Assembly (NCBI GenBank): GCA_016618085.1 | Contig: JABLTG010000002.1 | Location: forward strand, 371,070 to 391,069 | Reading direction: 5' to 3' | Origin: Neovahlkampfia damariscottae | Lineage: Eukaryota | DNA length: 20,000 bases | In this document: positions 12,086 to 20,000 of the stretch, piece by piece | Numbering within the stretch: position 1 is the stretch's first letter | How the letters are laid out: every line of letters begins with the position of its first letter | Translations under genes and position numbers: made by a program | Notes under the pieces: model-generated | Seen by the model: only the letters and a program-made list of their open reading frames with translations | The model's database searches: none | What the model was told of the DNA's origin: nothing

Positions 12086-12211
12086 TGTAAAAAAAAAATT
12101 GAACCAATTGGAATGAGTAACTGTTCAAACCATAAATTAATGGTTGCTCAAGATGAATATCTTAAAGTGTTTGTGGAATGAAGTATTTTGAATAACTTTT
12201 GATTAACATTT

Positions 12212-12601
12212 TTATTTTAATAATGTTTCTTGTCCAGTTAATAATTTATATTTATTCAAATTTGCATTATTATGATATTTATTAACCTTACAAAGTCCAA
12301 TTCTTCCACAAATAATTTTGGAATCATCTTTGAAAACTGAACGTAAATATCTCAGAGCTTCAGGAAGTAAAATTAAAGAAGTCATTCTACATGGTTGTTT
12401 AATAGCATCAGGTAATAAAAGACATCCATTATTCACTAAATTTTGCCATTCTTCGTTTGATTGAGCTAAAAATTCTTTGACTAAACCAATAGTTGTTGTA
12501 CAAGTTCCACATAACAGACCTTTTTTGTTTTTTGTGACATTATTTTCAGCTGAAGCAAATGTAATTATTAAAAGTATCAAAACAACAAGTTGTTTGTTCA
12601 T
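12212..12601 (-). CDS. Secreted single-domain saposin-like protein (SapB/SAPLIP), 129 aa
   Basis: Signal peptide MNKQLVVLILLIITFASA. Six Cys in saposin spacing: LLCGTC...GCLLLP...PC...ICGRIGLC. Confidence 0.9.
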   Translation of the reverse strand: MNKQLVVLILLIITFASAENNVTKNKKGLLCGTCTTTIGLVKEFLAQSNEEWQNLVNNGCLLLPDAIKQPCRMTSLILLPEALRYLRSVFKDDSKIICGRIGLCKVNKYHNNANLNKYKLLTGQETLLK

Positions 12602-12670
12602 CTTTGTTAGAAAGTTTATGAAAAAATAATTGGATGAAAAAGTTTTAGAAGTTTGAAAAAAATTTTTTAT

Positions 12671-13587
12671 TCACTTCAGTATAGAAAGTGAAATTCGATG
12701 AAAACTTTGGGAGAAATCTCCTAACTCTTTGATTAGAAAATTGTCACTTTTTTTGCCACTCAATTCCTCTTCAACTTTCAATCTCATCAAATACAATCCC
12801 CTATTGAATTTATTAGTATCATTATAACGTACTTGTATGCCAAATTATGAACTGGATTCTTAAAAATCACTTTTGAAAAATCAGGAGATAATTTAAGCAG
12901 TGTTGACTCTTTCATGAGCAAAATTCGATACTTGTGCATGTATATTTCAGGATTTCTTGTATATCTAAACCACTTTCAATTCAAATTATTACTTACGTGA
13001 CTCCATATACATATGTATCTGAATGAACAGGCAAATTGAAGTCAAAACCTAAATGACCAACAGCAAACATTTCAGAAATTTGATTCAATATAGCATTTAG
13101 AATAATCCAAGAAGAGTCTTTAGGAAATACCAACCAAGAATTTGTCATGGTTGTTTGTTTTGAACTTTCTTGTAAAATATTCATTGCTTGAAGGTTTCCA
13201 TAAACCATATCTTTGATATGCCTTTCAAATAATGTTCTCAAGAAAAATTCTTTCTCTCCTGTTTCTGGATTCGTTTTTAAAATACACCTAAAAAAAATTT
13301 TGAATTTTTTTTTTTTTCTACAATGTACAAGTGACATAAGAAGAAATATTTTTTTTTTTCCAACTGATTTGATGTTGATAAAAATTATAAATTTTGTTAA
13401 TTGTAGGCAAAATTATGTATTTTATCACTTGCAAAGTTAAAGTTGGTTAAAACTTACAAAACGGAGCAGCTGTGAAATAGATGAAAATTGAGCCCAAAAT
13501 ACCCACTAAAGCTTTTGAAATTGATGTTACATAAGGTATGGAACATACCAAATTGTGCACATTCTCAAAAATTTCTGTTGAATTCAT
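12671..13587 (-). CDS. Hypothetical protein with N-terminal membrane anchor (262 aa). Exons 13587-13458, 13427-13322, 13287-12997, 12964-12833, 12800-12671
   Basis: ATG at 13587. Four GT-AG introns (13428-13457, 13288-13321, 12965-12996, 12801-12832; 30-34 nt) give 789 nt in frame, ending TGA at 12673-12671 overlapping AATAAA. Hydrophobic ALVGILGSIFIYFTAAPFLIKYIILP. Only the central exon is in the ORF track. Confidence 0.8.
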
Positions 13588-13717
13588 TAGTTCAAAATGA
13601 TTGGTAGTTCAGAAAAATTTGAAACTAACATTCACAAACCTTCAAATTCTCTAATTTATGAAACCCATGGTTTCTTTGAAGAACGCAAAATGATTGGTTG
13701 TGATTTCGGAGTAAAAA
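13588..13717. promoter_or_regulatory. 130-bp divergent promoter between the hypothetical gene and NAPE-PLD, with two TGATTGGT boxes
   Basis: Head-to-head ATGs at 13587 and 13718. ATTGG at 13600-13604 and 13693-13697, both in the context AAAATGATTGGT. Confidence 0.6.
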
Positions 13718-14755
13718 ATGGTCATCTTCAAAAACACTGCAAAAACATGGAAGTTGGCTTCAATGACAGATATACTCAAATGGAGCTTCAACAGAAAGCA
13801 ACCAACTATTCCAGGAACTGATGTTTTACCAATTTTAAAACCAAATTTAACTTTAATTCAACAACCAAAACATAAACTTCAAGTTTGCCAAATAATTTTA
13901 AATTTTTTGAAAAGAGCACATGGATAGGACATTCTACATGTTTAGTACAAATGAATAACAAAAATTTTTTGACAGATCCAATTTTCAGTTCTTATGCAGC
14001 ACCACTTCAAATTCCAGGATTTCCAAAGAGAATTAGAGAAGTTCATGATGATTTAAAAATTGAAAAACTACCGAAAATAGATTATGTTGTAGTTAGTCAT
14101 AATCACTATGATCATTTGGATTTTAATTCAATCAAAACATTGAAGAAAATCCATGATCCAGTTTTTATTGTTCCTTCAAAATTGAATCTCTGGTTCTATC
14201 GAAATGGAATAAATAAAGTAATCGATTTAAGTTGGTGGCAATCACATAAAGAAGATAATATTGAGATTACTTTATTGCCAGTTCAACATTGGTCACATAG
14301 AAATATGTTTGATAGGTAAGGGTGCTTTTTTGTTAATGCATTAGATTTAAAACACTTTGGGGTTCTTTTATGATTTCGGATGGTGAAAAATCAGTTTATT
14401 TCACTGGAGATACTGGATATAGTAGTGATTTCAAAGAAATTGGTGAGAAATTCAAAAATGTAGATTTAGCTTTGATTCCAATTGGAGCCTACGAACCAAG
14501 ACATATTATGAAATATCAACATATAAACCCTGAAGAAGCTATCCAAGTATTTAAACAAATATTTTAACTCATTTTCAGATAGCTATTGATATAAATGCCA
14601 AAAAATCAATGGCAATGCATTGGTCAACTTTTATCTTAACTGATGAACCAATCATGGAACCAAAAGAAAAAATTGAAAAAGAGTTACAAAGACTAAAACT
14701 AGAAAAAGAATTTTTTGAAGTAATTTTTCATAGTGAAACTATTTGCATTGATTAA
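13718..14755 (+). CDS. NAPEPLD: N-acyl-phosphatidylethanolamine-hydrolysing phospholipase D (metallo-beta-lactamase fold), 314 aa. Exons 13718-13882, 13915-14315, 14345-14546, 14579-14755
   Basis: TWIGHSTCLVQ, FLTDPIFS, SHNHYDHLD (HxHxDH), LPVQHWSHR, TLWGSF, YFTGDTGY, IPIGAYEPR, HINPEEA, AMHWSTF.LTDEP. Introns 13883-13914, 14316-14344, 14547-14578; spliced length 945 nt. Confidence 0.93.
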
Positions 14756-14760
14756 ATCAT

Positions 14761-15066
14761 TTATTCTTTTATTTTTGCTATTTCAATCCTTTGAGTGTGT
14801 TTATTCGGTCCAATAACCACTTTTGGAGCTTTGTCATTGACTCCCATCACATTATCTTTTATTATTTCTTCTTCTGTTTCTTTTGATGTCACAATGACGT
14901 GGTATGAATTTTTTGGAATAACTTGAATTATACCAGATTTTTTTTTGGTGATGGAACCTTTTCCCAATACATTATCATGATTAGCTGCTTCTAATATCAG
15001 TATGTTAATATTTTCTTCCATTTCATTGGAGAAATTGATTTTTGCTTTTCCATTACCATTGCCCAT
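14761..15066 (-). CDS. Small hypothetical protein (101 aa), possibly N-myristoylated
   Basis: ATG-to-TAA ORF exactly filling the gap between NAPE-PLD and Ku80. Starts MGNGNGK. CCAAT/ATTGG boxes at 15093 and 15103 upstream. No recognised family. Confidence 0.7.
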   Translation of the reverse strand: MGNGNGKAKINFSNEMEENINILILEAANHDNVLGKGSITKKKSGIIQVIPKNSYHVIVTSKETEEEIIKDNVMGVNDKAPKVVIGPNKHTQRIEIAKIKE

Positions 15067-15140
15067 TACTTTTCAAGAGGTTTTTTGTTTGTCCAATGAA
15101 AAATTGGATACGTTGGAAATGCATGCTAAAAATAAAAATT

Positions 15141-17411
15141 TTATTCTAAATCACCAAATAAATCATCTTCTTCAATTTCTGGTTCTTCAATAGTTTCTTC
15201 AATTTCTTCTTCTTCTGTTAAGAATTTCGAACATTCTACAGAAGTCAAATCAGAAGATGGACATTCATCTTGTGAAATGATTGAAATTTTCTCTTTTTGT
15301 ATCAAAGACCAAAAATCAGATCTTTTACCTTTTGAATAAGATGTTTTTAATTTTTTCAAGAATTGATTGAATTTATCAGATTCTTCTTCTTTAATACATC
15401 CATTACGTAATTCTTTGATGCAGTCAACTGATTTTTCATAGTATTGATCTTCAATAGAATCTTGAATTAATTTGAAAATGATCTTTCCCATTTCATCAAT
15501 AGCTTTATCAACTAAATCTATATCTTTTCTTTCAAACATTTCTTTGAAATCTTTAATTGGATCTTTAGTTCCAACAGTTGATGTTTTTGATGATAAAATA
15601 TCCAAATCGATTTTTTCTTGAATCAATTCCATTTCTGATTCTTCATTCATCACATCTGAGTCAGTTGTAACTTTAACTTTTTTGGTTGGATTGGTATATG
15701 ATTCCAAAGTGATTTCTTCATCTTTATCCATTGCGAACCAGTATCTCTTTTTTTCTGATTTCTTTTCTTCAACTTTTTTCAATGGGAATAGTTCTTCAAA
15801 AACTTGAATTGAATCTTTTGAGTTTTGTAATAATTTTTGGAAAAATGAATTTTCAGAAAGTTGTGGAATACATGTTTTTTTTATATTTTCATCCATTTTT
15901 GGTAATTCATCATTTGGATGAAGCACTCTTGTATGTAAACAATCATAGAAATGTTGAACTATTGGATTGTATGTTTCAGATGGTTTTAAGGCTTCAGATT
16001 TCTCTCCATCTTCATCTTCAATTGCATTCATCAAATTCATGCTATTAATCAAATCTTCAGCAGCTTCTAATTGTTCATTTGTGTGTTTAATTTTTTGAAA
16101 TGATGGGAATGGGTATTGTCTTAAATCTTCTGAAAATGGTAATTGAACATAATACAAACAATCATATGATTCTTTAATTCTTGGAAATAAAACACCCAAT
16201 TGTGGTGCAGAATTATCTCTAAAACAATATCTAACGATTGCAACTCGATTCATTTCAGCCAAAGCTTTAACTAAAGACGAGAAAGCAACAGAAGCATGTT
16301 TATCATAAGGTTCTGGAATAACTTGATATGTGAATCCAATGAAATGATGTCTTGGAACCTTTGATTCTTCTGTGAAACCTAAAATCTGTAGACATTTTAC
16401 AGTTTCCAATTTCAACATTTCTTTATCAGCTTTGTTGAAGGGAATGTATGACTTCCCATATTTATATGCTTGAACACGATCATCTTCTTCAATTTCTTGA
16501 TCAGGATTATCAAGTGAATAATAACTTCTTTCAATAGTAACTTTTCCACCAGTTTCTTGATTCTCTGAATTGACTGAAAGTTTTGTTGATTTTGGTAATG
16601 TTGAAGCATCACTTTTTTTGTAGCTCCAAACTTTAATTTGCATCTCAGGTGTAATTTCCAAATTTCCTCTGAAAGTTGTTCTTGGTAATGTTTTTTTCGA
16701 TCTCAAAGAAGACAAATCATATAAAGCATCACCAATCGACAAAGAACCTCCTATTCCAACATTTTCAATTAAATCTTTCAAGAATTTTTCATTTTTAATT
16801 TTTGTTTTGTCTTCTGTTTTGACATCTTTTCCAAAATCAACTTCAATTACATCTAATTGCATTTCACGTGCTTTCATGACTGTAACCAAATCATCAACAT
16901 TTTCAGAATCTCTTGAAAATTTACTACCAGCATCTGATATCAAAATAATGCCTTTTTTTCCAAATGTTAATTTTAGTTTTCACTTACGCCTTTTGTATTT
17001 TAGTTTTTTGCATTTGGTTATAATCAGTTCGACCGCAAGTTCAATAGATTCAAAAATTTCTGAATTTTTTTTCCCAAATTCTTTTATATCTTCTATTTTT
17101 TGAAATAATTCAAGAGACACAGCATCAAAGTTTTGAATAACTTCCACATTTTTGCATTTTCCGTCAGAATCATAAAGTGGGTTTTTTGTTTCGGAGCTAC
17201 CTGCCACTACAATACTTACTAAATCATTAGGATTGAAAACCATCTTTGGATTTCAGTTATTTTTTTTTTTTACTTTTAATTTGAGAAAAGTGGTTGTAAC
17301 TTGTTTAATTTGTTCTAATATGTTGGAACCTTTTTCGCTCATGCTCTTTCCAAGGTCTAAAATGATGACAGTTGCCTCTTTTGATGGTGGAGGTACGTAT
17401 TTTTTGGACAT
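15141..17411 (-). CDS. XRCC5: Ku80 (ATP-dependent DNA helicase 2 subunit 2, NHEJ), 734 aa. Exons 17411-17274, 17243-16988, 16951-15141
   Basis: vWA start KEATVIILDLGKSM and NDLVSIVVAGSSETKNPL; core AYKYGKSYIPF, LQILGF, MNRVAIVRY, YVQLPFSEDLRQYPF; CTD VGTKDPIKDF..YYEKSVDCIKELR; tail EEDDLFGDLE. Introns 17244-17273 and 16952-16987; spliced length 2205 nt. Confidence 0.95.
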
Positions 17412-17497
17412 CACCGTTTTTTTCTGTTACCGCCAAGCTTTTTTTGTCCAATTAAATTGTTCACTTTTTTTAAAAAAATCATTGGACAAACTGAGAA
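17412..17497. promoter_or_regulatory. 86-bp bidirectional promoter between Ku80 and the TMEM69-like gene, with inverted CCAAT boxes
   Basis: Head-to-head ATGs. TTTGTCCAAT (17443-17452) and ATTGGACAAA (17481-17490) form a perfect 10-bp inverted repeat. Confidence 0.65.
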
Positions 17498-18233
17498 ATG
17501 TTCAAGAAACTACTGACAAATTCTTCACAAAGAAAGAATTTCATAACGAAAAACATACAAAAGTACTCCAAAATATCAGATCAAATTGAAAAAGGTAAAA
17601 ACAAAAATTAAAATAAAAAAAAAAGATTTTCCAAAGACATCTTTTTACAAACAACAAAAAAAAACAATCGAACAAGAAAAAATTGTAATTTTCTTTTTTT
17701 TTAATATTTTGGACCAGGATAAACCTTCAAAATGGAAACTGATACCACAACCTTTGAAAGTAACAACATTTTTTTTTATAGGACTTCCAATGATTTTATC
17801 TTCGAGTTATTTGATGTTTACACTTCAAACACCAATAATTTTTCTATATCAACTTAAATTTGCTTCAATTTTGCTTGGATTATGCTCTGGAATTTTTTGG
17901 GGTTTTAATTTGAAAGATTACAAACCAAATGATGAAAATTCAATTCCACTCAGTAGATTGCTCATCGGATTTCTTCCTGTAATTGTTAGTTTTTCTGCAT
18001 CCATTGCAGATCCAGTCACAAGCATGGTTTTACTAGTTTTAGGTTTTCTATCAATGTTACCACTTAATTATCAATGGAGTAAACTTGGAGTCTTACCAAC
18101 ATGGTTCGGAACTTATTTTCTTTCAGTTGCTGTCATTACAATTATCACTTTAATTTTTTCATTTTTCACTTACCTTCGATTTTTAAAATTTTTAGACGCA
18201 AAAAAACAATTAGAAACAAAAGTCATTGAATAA
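17498..18233 (+). CDS. TMEM69/DUF3429-like multi-pass membrane protein with probable mitochondrial presequence (~223 aa). Exons 17498-17594, 17626-17684, 17718-18233 (second intron uncertain)
   Basis: ATG 17498 gives MFKKLLTNSSQRKNFITKNIQKYS (basic, no acidic residues). Intron 17595-17625 joins it to the long ORF. YQLKFASILLGLCSGIFWG and LPTWF resemble DUF3429 'Q..YGA.ILSFLGG..WG' and 'P.WF'. About 5 hydrophobic segments. Confidence 0.75.
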
Positions 18234-18238
18234 AAAAT

Positions 18239-19450
18239 TTATTTAGAAATCGGCATATAATGAGTTCCAAATATAAAATCCCAAAATTTACCAAGTGGTC
18301 CAACACCAAAATTTAAATGTTCTCCTTCACCTGTTCAACATTTAACATTAAATTGAAAAAAAATTTTTACCTGGAAAGAAGTGATGATGCATGTGACATT
18401 TCTTTAAAAAGTTGAATGGACCAAATGTAATATTTCCATGATGTAAATAATAGTGTGTTAAATCATAAATCATGTAACCGTGTAAAACTCCGCAAAAAAC
18501 AGCTTTACCCCAAGGTCCAAATATTAATTTAAATATCAAATGAGCAGGTAGATAAAATGTGATAATGGCTACAAATGGTGGAAAGACCAACTTTGAAAAT
18601 TAAATTTTTTAAAAAAATTCAAACTCTGTTTGGGTCTAATGGATCCAAATGATGAACACCATGAAAAATAAAATGTAATGTATTTCCAAGTCTACTACTA
18701 GTATGAGCATGAAAAAGAAATCTATGCAAGAAGTATTCGATAAATGACCATAAAAAAATTCTAAAGTGAAATTTTAAAAAATGAAAGAATTAAAACAAAC
18801 CCAAAAATATACATATATATCATATTTTTCCAATCATTAGTTTCAGTCAATCCATAATAAAAAAACAATGAACTTAAAGGAACTAAAAGATGTTAAAAAA
18901 AAAAAAAATTAAAAACCATGTACTAACGGTACAAACCACCATTTCACATAAGAATGAATTTCAAAGAATCCATTTACTTTATCTTGAAACATGTAAATAT
19001 GATTTGTTTCTTTTCCAGGAATGATTGGTATGTGCACCCAAGGATCATAAGTTTCACCTAAATGACCAACTTGTAAAAAAATTGGTTGATTCAAATCAAC
19101 TTTTGCAGCTTCTCTTAATTCTTCTCTTTTTGTTTTTTTTTTTTCTTTTGTTGTATCGACTTTGGTTCCTTTCAAAATTCCAATTTGAAAATTTTCTAAA
19201 ATATCCATGGAATACTCAGAATGTTTATGTAAATCTGATTCAAATGCTCTTGTCATATCTCTTCCAATATATGGTGAAATAATTTTTGAACCGCCAGGCT
19301 TGGAGAAGATTTAATTATTTTTGGGGTTTGTTGGCTTACGTGAATATCAAGGAAATGAGTTACATCATAAACGAAATCACGATAGATTACCCAAGCATCA
19401 TCTTTTTTATTATGTTTTGAAACGTCTTCAATGCTGTATTCGACGTACAT
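18239..19450 (-). CDS. FA2H: Cytochrome b5-fused sphingolipid fatty acid 2-hydroxylase (FA2H/Scs7), 340 aa. Exons 19450-19340, 19298-18917, 18882-18801, 18760-18625, 18590-18371, 18330-18239
   Basis: b5 domain KHN..DAWV...VYDVTHFLDIH|PGG (HPGG formed by splicing), VDLNQPIFLQV, WVHIP. His boxes EYFLHRFLFH, HFIFHGVHH, YDLTHYYLHH, HMHHHF. Also RLVFPP and NFGV...FWDFIFGT. Five introns of 34-41 nt; spliced length 1023 nt. Confidence 0.95.
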
Positions 19451-19600
19451 TTATCCGTTATTGTAAAAAATTACTTTAAGTGAAGGTGATTGGTTGAATA
19501 AATTAGAAGAAAAACTGCACAGAAAAAATGACTAAAATTGGAGAAGAAAAAAAATGAGATTGAATTTCCATTGTAGGGTAGTTTTTTAAAAAGAACCAAT
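19451..19600. promoter_or_regulatory. FA2H upstream region with CCAAT boxes
   Basis: ATTGG at 19489-19493 and 19537-19541; CCAAT at 19596-19600. Confidence 0.45.
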
Positions 19601-20000
19601 GAAACAATTTTACCCACACAAAATAATGAAGAAAATAAACACACTATTCTTCAACATATTTTGAAGTTTTGACCATTGTTGGTAACAGACCCATTGTCAA
19701 CTTGAAATGGATTCCCAGTTGATTAGATTTTATTTTGTTAATATTGCATGAACCTATATTTGAAAGGTAGTGATGTTTCCAAAAGTTGATCATTGGCAGG
19801 ATGAACTTTTTTTCTTTCCTCTTAAATAAAGAAAAACAAGAGGTTATAAATCAATCTCAATTTTTTTTTGAATAAAAATTGAAAGTATTATATGGACAAA
19901 CAAAAGACTCATTACAACTATTAGAGTATTTGTAAGTTTCAAAGTTCTTTTAATTTTTTTAAAGACTCCAAAAAAACGAATGGTTGGTAAATATTCTAAA

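Noticed and set aside
12601..12800. Fusion of the hypothetical gene with the downstream saposin ORF
   Set aside because: The spliced frame ends at TGA 12673-12671 with AATAAA, and the saposin has its own ATTGG box, ATG and signal peptide.
13597..13821. 74-aa plus-strand ORF
   Set aside because: It spans the divergent promoter and overlaps NAPE-PLD exon 1 in another frame; its ATG is part of the ATGATTGG motif.
17233..17589. 118-aa plus-strand ORF and the TTG start at 17586
   Set aside because: It is antisense to Ku80 exon 1 and crosses the promoter. The better-supported start is ATG 17498 joined through intron 17595-17625.
228..19282. Short shadow ORFs in the track (e.g. 228-518, 2601-2786, 4816-5253, 6790-7176, 7320-7622, 8015-8275, 8511-8942, 15731-16048, 16807-17103, 19025-19282)
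   Set aside because: They are antisense or off-frame to well-supported genes, have F/L/S-rich shadow composition and show no motifs.
1..20000. Alternative genetic code (ciliate-type or TGA=Trp) or a prokaryotic/viral origin
   Set aside because: TAA and TGA end conserved proteins at the expected positions, conserved Trp residues use TGG, and internal stops fall inside introns. Ku80, FA2H and spliceosomal introns indicate a eukaryotic nucleus.
1..20000. tRNA, rRNA, CRISPR array, transposon or tandem repeat
   Set aside because: I saw no cloverleaf, GC-rich structural RNA, regularly spaced repeat or transposase/RT motif; the poly-A/T runs lie in introns or Lys-rich codons.

Overview
AT-rich, extremely gene-dense eukaryotic (protist) DNA using the standard genetic code. 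The ORF track is fragmented because the genes are split by tiny GT-AG introns: I reconstructed 23 of them, all 29-41 nt, and every spliced model closes in frame. Intron size, composition and gene content suggest a heterolobosean/Discoba-type amoeboflagellate (inference only). Eleven protein-coding genes are present: (1) a 5'-truncated giant receptor-like protein (>2497 aa; IPT/TIG-like repeats, Cys-rich repeats, ~9 TM helices, cytoplasmic WW domain); (2) a basic hypothetical protein; (3) a secreted, very basic neutral ceramidase; (4) a GT54/MGAT4-like glycosyltransferase with an MGAT5-like C-terminal domain; (5) a saposin-like protein; (6) a 262-aa membrane-anchored hypothetical protein; (7) NAPE-PLD; (8) a small, possibly myristoylated protein; (9) Ku80; (10) a TMEM69/DUF3429-like protein; (11) cytochrome b5-fused fatty acid 2-hydroxylase (FA2H/Scs7). 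The most notable observations are the concentration of sphingolipid/N-acyl-lipid genes within 11 kb, a cathelicidin-like amphipathic segment in the ceramidase, CCAAT boxes upstream of every gene start, and two convergent gene pairs with stop codons 5 nt apart.
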